This document shows, in pieces, positions 48,035-58,874 of a DNA stretch of 64,000 bases. Under the pieces are notes generated by a model. That model searched no databases. It worked only from the letters and a program-made list of their open reading frames with translations, and had not been told where the DNA came from. The DNA comes from Bolinopsis microptera. Its lineage: Eukaryota. The position numbers and the translations under genes were made by a program. The DNA lies in the NCBI RefSeq assembly GCF_026151205.1, contig NC_087080.1, forward strand, positions 4,810,797-4,874,796, written 5' to 3'. Each line of letters opens with the position of its first letter. Within the stretch, counting starts at the first letter, position 1.

Positions 48035-48173
48035 GAGGGAGTTGGGTGTGGTGTGGTGCTGATCGGACATGTTGAGGCAGGTGATTACGCTGTTAACCCA
48101 GCTGCCGGTTACTCTGAGGGACGATCTGTTGAGCAGCTTGATGCCTGTTATCACAATCCCTGTATGAATGGAG
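48035..48173 (+). CDS. Exon 26: LamG-like end and EGF start
   Basis: EGVGCGVVLIGHVEAGDYAVNPAAGYSEGRSVEQLDACYHNPCMNG; donor gtgggt. Confidence 0.5.
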
Positions 48174-48407
48174 GTGGGTTTATTGTGACGTGCTGATTGT
48201 TGTGTTTTATAATGTCACTGTCCCTGATTGGTTAGTTAGAATTTAGCATTTTGGGCAATGTTAACTGCTTGATCTATTGAAGGCGATAATGAGACTTCTA
48301 TTTTGAGTATTTCAAACAATACGTGGTCTGACGACAAAAACCCCAAACCATCTGGTCCTTGAGAAATTCCAATAGCATGTTTGTTAAAATGGTTAAAAAC
48401 GTCTCAG

Positions 48408-48493
48408 GAGAATGTGTTGGTGATGAAAGTACTGGGGCCCAGTCTTGTGACTGTTCTGGCACTGGCTTCACTGGAGCTCTCTGCGAGATTCCA
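48408..48493 (+). CDS. Exon 27: EGF-like
   Basis: GECVGDESTGAQSCDCSGTGFTGALCEIP; donor gtaagt. Confidence 0.6.
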
Positions 48494-48771
48494 GTAAGTT
48501 TCCTAATACCGAGGAATTCTTTTAGAGGTTTTGTTTCATCTATGTAATAAGGCTGAGCACAGTATGGAAGGTCATACAATTCTCGATAAATATTTTCATC
48601 CTAGTTTAAACGGAGTTTAAATCAAAGTTTTGGTAAATTAATTTATATTATGACACCAGCGCAGCCGTCAAAAGACAATCCTTAGCGAGTTTTTTGAGAA
48701 TCTAACATATAACCAATTTTAATTAACTCATTATCCAATTATTTAATTATCTAATTATCTTTACTAATCAG

Positions 48772-48853
48772 GATGACGAATCATGCGATAAGGGCTGTCT
48801 GAACGGTGGCGTCTGTCAATCTGATTTCTGTGTCTGTGCTTTGTCATTCCACG
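48772..48853 (+). CDS. Exon 28: EGF-like
   Basis: DDESCDKGCLNGGVCQSDFCVCALSFH; donor gtacgg. Confidence 0.6.
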
Positions 48854-49156
48854 GTACGGTTGGCTCGCATTCTTACTAAAGTTCAAGCAGTTATATAAAT
48901 TGTCATTTCTATTAGTTAAGATGACAGTTGTGTTTTTAATAAACGTTTGAAGTTAATATAGAGTACTATCAATTGTCATTTAATAGAATTAAGGATTACG
49001 GTTGTGTGTTGTGACTCCGTTAATCACTTCGCTGCTAGGCTAAACTTCAGGTCTTTATCTTATGGTGCCCTTCTCTGTTCACAAGCCAAAACTAGAAGGC
49101 AGGGCATCAAAATGAGCAGATCACCCACAATCCCTGACATTACACTGTAACTTCAG

Positions 49157-49256
49157 GAGTGTTATGTGAAGCTAGTCACGAGGTTACTGGAACCATGAAA
49201 CTGTCCGGTGGTGCTAGCGAGGTTTCTTTCAGTCACTCTAATATCACCGCTGTCGA
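49157..49256 (+). CDS. Exon 29
   Basis: GVLCEASHEVTGTMKLSGGASEVSFSHSNITAV; donor gtaagt. Confidence 0.55.
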
Positions 49257-49402
49257 GTAAGTTTTGGTTTAAAACAGCCTTGATAGTTTTTGATGGAATC
49301 AGTTTTTACGTTATCAAACGATTCATCACTTTTGGGCATCCGATTATTTGTGTGGTTCCCATGAAAATATATCGTTTGATTAATATAAAATTAAACCACC
49401 AG

Positions 49403-49487
49403 AATCCAAGCGACGGGGCTGGCTGACGCTACAGTTGCTAGTGATGTTTACCTGATAACTATCGGAGATCAGGACAACTGTGTCAAG
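49403..49487 (+). CDS. Exon 30
   Basis: EIQATGLADATVASDVYLITIGDQDNCVK; donor gtaaaa. Confidence 0.5.
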
Positions 49488-49907
49488 GTAAAATATCTGT
49501 GCCAAGAGGGAGTATTTGGTAACCGCCACCCTTTATTTGGACGTTTATCTACAATGTGGTCAATGTGCCTGCTAAATCGGGGGCTAAACCATATTTTTAA
49601 CGCTTTTATCTGTTCTTTTAAACTGAGTTCTATTGTAGCATCCTGTATCAACTTTCCAATATTTGAGAAGGGTGAAGAAAAATCAAATGCTCTGAACCTC
49701 TCAATGGAAAACACTCAACCAAAATAAATTATCCCTCCGACCTTATCTCACCTTTAATTTAACTGAGTGGATTTTGGGTCTGTGCTTACTGCTTAGTCGC
49801 TGAGTTTAAGTTTTACAGTCGGGTGAGATTCAATTAGGTTAAGTGAGGTTTAATGAGGTTAAATGAGGTTAAATATAGTGTGTTCTCACCTCAACTGACC
49901 CCACTAG

Positions 49908-50045
49908 ATCCTGGTGTCAGACACAACAGAACTGTATATGATAGTGGAGCGTGGAAAGGAGAGCGGTGCCTACGAGGGACTGGGTTCTCTTGCTGATTAC
50001 CTTGTTGAGGGTACCCTTCAAATGTCCATTTCTCTTGGAGAGGAT
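49908..50045 (+). CDS. Exon 31: LamG-like
   Basis: ILVSDTTELYMIVERGKESGAYEGLGSLADYLVEGTLQMSISLGED; donor gtgagt. Confidence 0.55.
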
Positions 50046-50221
50046 GTGAGTTTTTATGAGCTGTTTTTCTGTTTCATTTCTATTTTCGGAGAGAGATAAC
50101 TTTTCTTACACTATAATTTTTTTAAACGTGCTAACACGTTAATGGTCACAGTTCTTAATTTTCAAGACGTCTTACTTTTAAATAATGCTTCGTGAAAACT
50201 AAAACCGTTCTCAAATTCCAG

Positions 50222-50294
50222 ATTCAGATAACCAATGCCGCTAGAGATCCTGTAGTTTACACTGCAGATGAGCTACCTTGTGCTGACGGTCTAG
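50222..50294 (+). CDS. Exon 32
   Basis: IQITNAARDPVVYTADELPCADGL; donor gttcgt. Confidence 0.5.
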
Positions 50295-50456
50295 GTTCGT
50301 TCTCGATTGGTTACTTAGTTACTGAATACTGACTGTGTTACCAAGTTACCTCGGTCACTAGGCAACACAGTTACCAACCTAATTACTACCTGTCCCTAAT
50401 TGTATCACTGATTATATTATTAAATTACTTCCAACCACTCTGACCCCCTTCATTAG

Positions 50457-50579
50457 GAACTACCGACGGTCTGGCAATTCACGGTCTGGAAGGTATCACC
50501 TCTGACGTCACTGCCACTATCAACGGGGAGGCTGCCACGGCAACCGGTGGCAAGGGGGTCGTCAACTCGGCTGTTTCGA
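50457..50579 (+). CDS. Exon 33
   Basis: GTTDGLAIHGLEGITSDVTATINGEAATATGGKGVVNSAVS; donor gtaagg. Confidence 0.5.
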
Positions 50580-51282
50580 GTAAGGATAGCATCATGCAAT
50601 TAGATCGTATCATGTATTGTGTATAATAATGTATAATAATGTATACTTTGCAAGTAATATGGAAGCGTATTAAGAGTATGTTAATGATTTGATAAGCAGC
50701 TAATCAGTAGGGTGTCTGAACTATCGTGTAAATTGGAGAGAGAGAGAGAGCAAAGGGCCAGCCTTCTTTTGTTACATACCACAGTAAAAATGTTTTACTG
50801 TGTGGTTACATACATACAAGGTATTATACGGCCGAGCATTATGGTTCTTGTTAGAGATGTTAGAAACATGGGAACGATTTATCCTTTTAAGGTCTTACAA
50901 TTGCCACCTTAAGAATAACAAATAACTCTATTTTGTGAATCACCATAATGTAAATTTTATCTTCTCCCCTTAAAATCACTCTGCTAATCCCTCAAAACAT
51001 ATAATAAGGTAAGTTATAGAACTCCTGACCAAACGAGTGCCGAAGGCACGAGTTTTGTCAGGAGTTCTATAAATTGCTTATGGTACGGCACAAGACTACA
51101 GTCTTGGGAACATTTTCCGACCAAAATTTTGAAATTTGGTGCATTTTAACAGTGTCAAATTGGCAAAAACTGTATCTACTTCCGACACAAAGTGTTCATT
51201 GTCCAATGAGCATCCTGCCATGCTGCTACCATCGTGTTACTCTCGTGGTTGCCACATGACAGCTTACCTAACTGCTATTGGA

Positions 51283-52200
51283 CAGCGCACTTTTGTCACG
51301 TGAGTTACATTTATTGAGTACAGTACGGAATAAATGTAAGTGGTAAGTATCGGTGTCAAAGAAGACGCTTGCATTCTAAAAGGAGTAAGATATTATGTTA
51401 CAAAGAATGAAATAGTTTGGCATGCAAATTGATATTTTAATACTTCACAGTGAAATGAACTTCCGCTCTCGCGGGAAAAGACAGCTCTGTTCCTACATTT
51501 TTATCATTGTCTTCAATTTTATGTGGCACCTTTCCGATAGACATATTGTTGCTGTCAAATCTCATACTTATTTCGACGTGTCCTATCTGGTTAGGCAAAG
51601 TAATCAGAGTGTTTGTATCTATTGAAACCGTTTCCGTCCATCTTGATTGTACTTGTTCTACTTCAAAGTCGTCAAAGTCTGTAACTAGTTGGGAGCCTTC
51701 AGATGTTTTTAGCCAAATAAGTGCTTCGGCGAGTTCTTTATTCAATTTAGATTTCTTTGCTTCTTTTGGGGACACTTTGCCACCATATTGTTTATCATTG
51801 AAGGAACACCACAGTCCAGCGGGGCATACCTATGCCCCAAACGGGCGTGCTCCTCTCTCCATGTGTTGTACAAATTGACCGCGAATTGAGTCGATTTTCG
51901 TGTGTTTTCTGGTATTCGGCCTTTCCTGAGAGCTTCAAGTTCATCTTTTTCTATCAAAATAATACGAGACGTCATTATGTAAACAAAACAGTGCGATTTA
52001 ATTTCAAATTTTTGGTCCATTTCCTGTTACAATTTATGAAAGTAGTTCCTTCCGATCTACTCCACTAATTTAAAACGTTTGAGATGATAATTCATTTTTC
52101 AAGTGGCCGCACTTTTGTCACGTGAGTTACATTTATTGAGTACAGTACGGAATAAATGTAAGTGGTGAGTATCGATGTCAAAGAAGGTGCTTGCGTTTGA
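51283..52200 (-). other. Intronic ~0.9-kb segment bounded by ~93-bp direct repeats and carrying a short ORF with a tyrosine-recombinase core-binding-like motif
   Basis: Direct repeats 51287-51380 and 52108-52200 (gcacttttgtcacgtgagttacatttattgagtacagtacggaataaatgtaagtgg...). ORFs 51742-52020(-) and 51437-51775(-) include RIPENTRKSTQFAVNLYNTW. Confidence 0.4.
51742..52020 (-). CDS. ORF with SAM-like/core-binding-like motif (P.NT.K.T.FA..L...W); possible Crypton/DIRS-type tyrosine recombinase N-terminal fragment or a domesticated derivative
   Basis: MDQKFEIKSHCFVYIMTSRIILIEKDELEALRKGRIPENTRKSTQFAVNLYNTWREEHARLG... It is followed out of frame by ORF 51437-51775. Confidence 0.3.
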   Translation of the reverse strand: MDQKFEIKSHCFVYIMTSRIILIEKDELEALRKGRIPENTRKSTQFAVNLYNTWREEHARLGHRYAPLDCGVPSMINNMVAKCPQKKQRNLN

Positions 52201-52567
52201 AATGATATTTCATATTTCAAGCAAATTGTGAGCTGTGAATCTAATTTTGCTTAAGCATGAAATCCAGCCCTTCTCGCTGGCTAATATTGGTCACGTTATC
52301 TATCAGCTGACTATACCTCGTGACTGCGTCACTCGGTGACCACGTGCCCGACTGGCTGGTGCCGTACCATAAGGTTAAAAAGCTCATTTGAAGTATTGGT
52401 TCTTAAATCCAGGATCTTAGGTAAATCGGTATTATCCACTGCTTTAATTTACCATTAATTCAGGAGTCAACTCAACCTCTGTAACCTACATTTGATTTTT
52501 TTAAAGACGTTTCTATAACTTATTTTAGCAGTAGACTAAAATATAATTGTCTGATAAACACATTTCA

Positions 52568-52718
52568 GACTTGTGTGACGGAGCCTGTGGTGCGGGAACG
52601 TGTGAGCAGGCGAACAACCAGATAAAATGTAGTGGATGTGTAGAGGGTACCAACCTGGTCACATGCTCTGATGTAGTTTGTGATGTGGAGTTGTGCGAGG
52701 GAGAATGCACTGATATTG
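52568..52718 (+). CDS. Exon 34: EGF-like
   Basis: NLCDGACGAGTCEQANNQIKCSGCVEGTNLVTCSDVVCDVELCEGECTDI; donor gtgagc. Confidence 0.55.
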
Positions 52719-53552
52719 GGTGAGCTTTCTGGTTTTGGATTTTGAAACTGCTTTTGATTAACGAGTTACGAGACTAGCGTTTTGTGATACAAGCAACAAA
52801 TATTGTAGACAGTTTTTGGGTTTTCCAAATAGTTTCTGATTATTCTGATTTGCGACAAATGATATTGCACTGTTAGGATAAACGACGTTTCAAAGTAACA
52901 ACTTCTTATTCATGCTGACAAAATTGGTAAATATGTGAGAAAACTGTCTCATAAAATTTATTAATCAAAAATGGCTAAACGACAACAAATTGTTCAAATA
53001 CTCGACTAAAATTAGGATCAAAATCTATATATATACACCACTACTCGATCTGCTATTCAATAAACTTAAAACATCCACTAAACAGCAAGTACGTGATTGT
53101 GATCGTGTGATGGAATGACATGTACAGTGATAACAGATGATAAGATGTAAGTGATAACAGATGATAAGGTAAAAGATACAATACATGTGAGATGGTGTAT
53201 ACACAATGTGAGTGAAATTATAGTGAGTGGTTACTGATTGTGAGCGAGATGTGAAAAAACATTAAAAATTACTACTGCTAGAAAACTGAAACTGTATGCA
53301 ATAAAAAGGGAATGAAACTAAAATATCTAAAATTCTTCAGTACTAGCTATGATAAAACGTTTAATAGTATCCAGTTCTTCTCTCTTGTTAATATAATAAA
53401 TATTGTGTTCACTCTCAAACACATAAATTTTAATGTGCATGATTTTAAATCCGTATAGTATTCTTGTGACTTAAATTGGCTGTCAAGCATCTGCACAACA
53501 TGAAACTATTACCTAGAGAATACCAAGTTCTGATTTAATTACAAAAGTCACG

Positions 53553-53625
53553 CGACCCCGGAGGGATTCGAACCCCCAATCTTCTGATTCGAAGTCAGAC
53601 GCCTTAGCCATTAGGCCACGAGGCC
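53553..53625 (-). tRNA. tRNA-Arg (anticodon TCG)
   Basis: The reverse complement GGCCTCGTGGCCTAATGGCTAAGGCGTCTGACTTCGAATCAGAAGATTGGGGGTTCGAATCCCTCCGGGGTCG folds as a cloverleaf. The anticodon loop is CTTCGAA and the T-loop is TTCGAAT. A TTTT terminator follows on the minus strand. It lies in an intron of the ECM gene, 36 bp upstream of the exon 35 acceptor. Confidence 0.85.
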
Positions 53626-53660
53626 GCTGGAAGATTTGCTAAAATTGTTATCCAACCCAG

Positions 53661-53707
53661 GGAGTGCGTATGCGAATTGGGACAGGAAGGAGTGAATTGT
53701 GAAACAG
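53661..53707 (+). CDS. Exon 35: EGF end
   Basis: GECVCELGQEGVNCET; donor gttaaa. Confidence 0.5.
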
Positions 53708-53858
53708 GTTAAATTAACTTTTTTACAACTACTGAAGAAGTTTGTCGATTTGTTCAAAATATAATATGAATTCCATATCCTTTCATCCGAAAACTCAAAA
53801 TTGCTAACCTGTATGCTTAATCTATTTATTTTTTTATCGCTAACTTATTTGTTCTCAG

Positions 53859-53941
53859 CCGTTACACTTGGACCTCTATCTCTTCCTGTAACTACTTCTT
53901 CATACTACTCGTATGCTGAATATGAAACCGAAGCTTTCGAA
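53859..53941 (+). CDS. Exon 36: LamG start
   Basis: AVTLGPLSLPVTTSSYYSYAEYETEAFE; donor gtgagt. Confidence 0.5.
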
Positions 53942-54290
53942 GTGAGTAAAATCAAATTAAATCATTAGTACAAGCCATTAGAATTTAGAATTCGTTCTGA
54001 AACTTTTACAACGAACCAGCGGTAGAATTTTCATCGACAATTCACATTTTCACAATGAACCATCGCTTTGGTCGCTGAATATTTTGAGGAAATTAAACGA
54101 TTTTCCTGTGGGATTGTTTGTAAAGATAAGCCGCCATTATTTTTTGTAAGACGCACTTTAGATTTCAATAAGAAAAAAAGTTTGAAGAAGGCATATATTA
54201 CGCCGCGCAATAATGCTTTGCACATGTTTGACATGTGGTTATACATGCCTTCGTATTACCCGATAGTTGATAATTGATCTCTACTTTCAG

Positions 54291-54396
54291 GGCGATGCTG
54301 CTCAACTAGAGTTCTTTGCTCATTTGGATGGATCTGAGCAAATGGGACTGTTAGCAATGGCCGGAAACGAACGCCAATACATTGCTGTAAAACTTG
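54291..54396 (+). CDS. Exon 37: LamG
   Basis: GDAAQLEFFAHLDGSEQMGLLAMAGNERQYIAVKL; donor gtgagt. Confidence 0.55.
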
Positions 54397-54545
54397 GTGA
54401 GTGCCGATTATCACAGTGAGGCCCTGATCAAAACATGTAATCAATTTCTCAACCGCAGACGGGCCTGAAAGGAAGGAAAGAAAAATTTTTTTCCTCGGCT
54501 CTTTTCAACTTCTCCTCAATAATTTAACCCTCCCACTTTTCTCAG

Positions 54546-54700
54546 CTAAAGACGTGATGACGGTTGTGGCGCACTGTTCTGACCTTGTGCACGTGGAAGC
54601 AAGTGTTAGCGGAGTTGGGTATGGTGAGTGGTTGGAGATTTCTGTGACGTGGGCTGATAACTTCCTCACCCTCGCTGTTAATGGGGATAACGACGTACAG
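54546..54700 (+). CDS. Exon 38: LamG
   Basis: AKDVMTVVAHCSDLVHVEASVSGVGYGEWLEISVTWADNFLTLAVNGDNDVQ; donor gttagc. Confidence 0.55.
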
Positions 54701-54859
54701 GTTAGCTGTGATTATCTCGTTTGGGTTGTTGTGTTCTTGCTATGTTTTGGTTATTTAATGGAATTATCAATAGTCCAACGGTTTCAACATTAGAATGACA
54801 TATTTTAACATGTTCTAGTTTTTCATAACATCCTCTTTAACAAACAAAATATTTCTCAG

Positions 54860-54968
54860 GAAGAAGCTGGATTATGTATATTTGACATGGGTACAACTAT
54901 ATATCTTGGAGGTATGCCAGATGGCAGCGTGCCAAGTGTAAAAGCCACATTTGCTCCAGCAACCAATA
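54860..54968 (+). CDS. Exon 39: LamG
   Basis: EEAGLCIFDMGTTIYLGGMPDGSVPSVKATFAPATN; donor gtaagt. Confidence 0.55.
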
Positions 54969-55046
54969 GTAAGTAATTAGAGACATTTATCTTTTGAGTA
55001 AACATTAACCAGTAAATAAAGCTGGTTCCCAATCAATCAATCATAG

Positions 55047-55322
55047 TGTTTACACCCTTGGAAGCTCTATCTGCTGAATTAGAACAAGATCTTCTGAAAA
55101 TTTTATCTTCAGGGAAAGAAGATTTTGGTGTAAAATTAATCCAGATTTTGAAGGCTAATAATGTTACAACCACTGTTACTTTAACGCCGTCTTCACGCCA
55201 ATATCTTAACACAGTTAAACCCCCAGTGATGCCCCTTAACTCTAGACTTGCGGGTGGACAGAGTCTTGCAGTCTCTGAGATCCACATTTGTGACACACAA
55301 TTCGACCCATGCAGTGTCTTAG
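55047..55322 (+). CDS. Exon 40: LamG C-terminal part
   Basis: MFTPLEALSAELEQDLLKILSSGKEDFGVKLIQILKANNVTTTVTLTPSSRQYLNTVKPPVMPLNSRLAGGQSLAVSEIHICDTQFDPCSVL; donor gttagt. Confidence 0.5.
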
Positions 55323-55569
55323 GTTAGTTATACTCAAAGTATTGCTTTTCTCCTCGATACTGTTTTATAATTGCAACCATTTATTCGATTCTGTGAGTAT
55401 GGTTACTATAACTTGGTCAACTGCTTTCTTTATAATTAACTATTACTAATTAACTATAATTAACAACTGCTTTCTTTATAATCAATTGTTAATATCTTAA
55501 AGCTCCAGATTGTTAAGCAGACAAGAAATAGATTTTTAAGTTTATGCAGTCTCAATTATTGTCAACCAG

Positions 55570-55670
55570 GAACGGACACGTGTGAAAAGGATGATGAAGG
55601 ATACAGCTGTATGTGCAAGGACGGATTCAAAGGAGTACATTGCGAAGCGCCCAAAACGCCCTGTGACACA
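55570..55670 (+). CDS. Exon 41: EGF-like
   Basis: GTDTCEKDDEGYSCMCKDGFKGVHCEAPKTPCDT; donor gttagt. Confidence 0.6.
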
Positions 55671-55774
55671 GTTAGTACAAACTCTGCTGTAATTTCTCAT
55701 CTGACAGAGAATTCTCTCACCAACCAATCCATAAACCCCTTTCGATTTGGCCTCACTAAATCTGTCTCCCCCAG

Positions 55775-55944
55775 ACAGTGTGCCAAGATAACGAGGTATG
55801 TGTTGAAGCTGACGGTTCCTGTCTTTGTGAGTTCCCCTCCACTCGATCAGCAGATGAAGTGTGTCAAGGTGAACTGGGTAGTTCCACTGGTTTTATTATG
55901 GAGGGAGCTATGAGTTATGGTCACATCGACACTGATAAGGCTGA
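55775..55944 (+). CDS. Exon 42: EGF-like
   Basis: TVCQDNEVCVEADGSCLCEFPSTRSADEVCQGELGSSTGFIMEGAMSYGHIDTDKA; donor gtaagt. Confidence 0.55.
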
Positions 55945-56224
55945 GTAAGTGACGGGTGGTTTTTTGATGATTTATCTTGCTCTGCTGGAATCTTTGTCCG
56001 TATTTCGTCAATTTCTTTCGTCTTTTAAATATTTTCCCATTGTATAAAAAAAAAATCGTGTCTCGTGATGTAACACCGATTTTGTTCGATAAAATTGGTC
56101 ACACAATGAAAATTAAGCAAATCGTTAAACACGTAAACCGTCAAAACATATTATCATTATATTTACCACAAACAAAATTCCAATGATAAACATAAAATGC
56201 CTCCTCACAAACTCGTTCTCACAG

Positions 56225-56374
56225 AGTCGCCAACAACTTTGACCTGGTGTTCCGGTTCTACCTATCAGACTCAGCAACAGTAAACGCCACCTACGACCTT
56301 GCTACTCTATTATACCCGGGCGAAGACGGAACTGAGTCGCAAATTGGTTTACATCTTGTTGTTGGGGAGGAAGA
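56225..56374 (+). CDS. Exon 43
   Basis: EVANNFDLVFRFYLSDSATVNATYDLATLLYPGEDGTESQIGLHLVVGEE; donor gtaaga. Confidence 0.5.
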
Positions 56375-56536
56375 GTAAGAAACAATATTTTTACTTACCT
56401 CATTTGATGCGTTAGGTTTATTAATACTTCTTTGTTTTGATATTTTAAATTAGACTGCGACTAATCGTTTTGTTTCATCAGAGAAGTACGTAATTATTTA
56501 GATATTGCCGATATTAACCACACATTCTTTATAAAG

Positions 56537-56614
56537 GCAAGTAAATGAAGCCAATGAACCTATAACCGTGACGATCTATGTGTTGGTTATACCGTTCGAC
56601 GAGAGTGTGTCCCT
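56537..56614 (+). CDS. Exon 44
   Basis: EQVNEANEPITVTIYVLVIPFDESVS; donor gtaagt. Confidence 0.5.
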
Positions 56615-56674
56615 GTAAGTACATACCTTTCTAAAAGTATATTGTGCTATATATTTTAATTTGTGATCTTTCAG

Positions 56675-57565
56675 AGTTATTTTGCCAGTTGACGATGAGG
56701 ATGCTGCTGAGGAAACAGATGGAGATGCTGAAGAGGAAACAGATGGGGATGCTGAAGAGGAAACAGATGGGGATGCCGAAGAGGTAACAGATGGTGATGC
56801 CGAAGAGGAAACAGATGGGGATGCCGAAGAGGAAACAGATGGGGATGCTGAAGAGGAAACAGATGGGGATGCTGAAGAGGAGAAAGATGAGGATGCTGAA
56901 GAGGAAACAGATGGGGATGCTGAAGAGGAAACAGATGGGGATGCTGAAGAGGAAACAGATGGTGATGCCGAAGATGAAACAGATGGTGATGCCGAAAAGG
57001 AAACAGATGATGATGCTGCAGAGAAAACAGATGTGGATGCTGAAGAGGATCCAGCTGTGGAGAATACAGATGGAGAAGACAACGGCATAACAAAAAGAGA
57101 TGCCGAAGAGCCCGCTGGTCCGCCAGCTGGGAATGTCGAAGAGGAAACAAATGGCGATGCCGAATTGGAAACAGATGATAATGCCGAAGTGGAAACAAAT
57201 GAAGATGCCGAAGAGGTAATAGATGGGGATGCCGAAGAGGAAACAGGCGGGAATACCGAAGAAGAAACAGATGAGGATGGCGAAGAGGAAACAAATGGAG
57301 ATGCCGAAGAGGAAACAGATAGAGATGCCGAAGAGGAAACTGAGGGGGATGCCGAAGAGGAAACAGGCGGGGATACCGAAGAAGAAACAGATGAGGATGC
57401 TGAAGAGGAAACAGATGGAGATGCCGAAGAGGAAACAGATGGAGATTCCGAAGAGGAAACTGAGGGGGATACCGAAGAAGAAACAGATGAGGATGCCGAA
57501 GAGGAAACAGTCACCCGTAAAACATTCCAGATTTCTTCTCAATTTCTTGAAGAGGTGGTTTTACT
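56675..57565 (+). CDS. Exon 45: long acidic tandem-repeat exon (TDGDAEEE x about 35; 24-nt period)
   Basis: ORF 56682-57569 reads VILPVDDEDAAEETDGDAEEETDGDAEEE... It stays in phase with the flanking exons, with acceptor ctttcag and donor gtaagt. The long S-rich minus-strand ORFs here are antisense artefacts of the repeat. Confidence 0.6.
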
Positions 57566-57855
57566 GTAAGTTAGCACAATATCATCGAGCCATGAAGGTC
57601 GTTTCTTCAAACTTCAAACTTTAGCATCGGGATCATCTTGGTTTTGCTTCCATGTAAATTGTAACGAATGCATGATACTTGGAAACCTTTTTTGCATTAT
57701 TTGTCATGAAAATTTCCTTTATTCGTATTTAATTTCTAAAGATTTTTAGCACTAGTTTTAGCATGTGATAGATACCTTCAGTATTAATTTCAATAGAAAG
57801 AACAAGCCCTGTTCTAGTTCCAAGAGGGCGAATAGTTTGCCTTTGAATGGTATTA

Positions 57856-58020
57856 GGGGTCGTTCACATATTACGTAATCAGCTGAGGGGGGGGGGGGGT
57901 TTCCGAATGATTACGCTAGTGTAATTTTGACACAATAGCTATGTGTAAAACTGATTACGGAGGGGGGGGGGGGTGGTAAAAATGTTCCAAAAAATGATTA
58001 CGTAATATGTGAACGACCCC
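57856..58020. mobile_element. Tourist-like hairpin MITE (26-bp perfect TIRs, TTA target duplication, internal poly-G tracts)
   Basis: GGGGTCGTTCACATATTACGTAATCA ... TGATTACGTAATATGTGAACGACCCC, flanked by tta|...|tta. Confidence 0.65.
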
Positions 58021-58427
58021 TTAACAGACGGAACATTGTTTTTGTGCGCCAAACACTGCACGTGACATATGAGAAATGGGGGAGTCGCATTGTGTAACCA
58101 TTTGCGACAAGCTTTATCAGGGTGCCTGTTTCTTGTTCGAAAATTGAAGATTTTTTAATGACTGACGATCTTTCCTTCCTAGCATTTATTCATGCGTTAT
58201 ATTCTTCAGCAGCATTTACATAGGAAATCCGATAGCATATTTTAAAGTTTTTCCTCCTTTCAGCACATTTTAAGATTACATATCTCTCAAAATATTTACG
58301 TCTTTTGTCGAATTATCATTCCAGGAATGTTTTTCTTCATTTTAAAGCAAAGCACAGTTTACACTGCTAATTAGTGAAACTATTTGAGTATACTAGTTTT
58401 CCAGACTAACACTTTTGTCATTTGCAG

Positions 58428-58463
58428 GGAGCCCAATCAGTGGCACGTCATCAGAATTCAAAC
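58428..58463 (+). CDS. Exon 46
   Basis: LEPNQWHVIRIQ; acceptor tttgcag, donor gtaggt. Confidence 0.45.
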
Positions 58464-58785
58464 GTAGGTTCTTTTTGATAGAATTCCACACATATTTGTA
58501 CTCAAATTCCCAAACTCAACAGTATGATTGCACTATTTCAACATTAAAACCGAGTAATTTCGTAAGAAAACACAGATCAGCTTCACATTCAATTGTAATA
58601 AGATAATAAAACCTCACAAGCCACCTGCTGGTCTGACGCTTCACAACTACCAGTAAATCACGAGTCATCACGTTTTTCACTCCCCAGCAATAGCGACACA
58701 AGCCACCCCACCAGCAGGGGATCATTGATCACTGTTCACTGTTTTAAATGTTGAATAACAAGGGAATAACGGGAGGTACGCCCAG

Positions 58786-58874
58786 GTCTGGATTGGGAAC
58801 AACTCTTGAGGTTAACGATAAGGTTTACTCAACAACGGAGCTCGGTATCCCTCTTGTCAATGCTATTCATCTAG
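58786..58874 (+). CDS. Exon 47: LamG
   Basis: TSGLGTTLEVNDKVYSTTELGIPLVNAIHL; donor gtaacg. Confidence 0.45.

Noticed and set aside
56576-57542. Long minus-strand ORFs (312, 303, 205 aa; S-rich, F/L-rich, H/L-rich) and the plus-strand K/R-rich ORFs at 56791-57090 and 57223-57624
   Set aside because: These are alternative-frame or antisense readings of the 24-nt acidic tandem repeat. Only the frame that chains with the flanking exons (TDGDAEEE) is supported.
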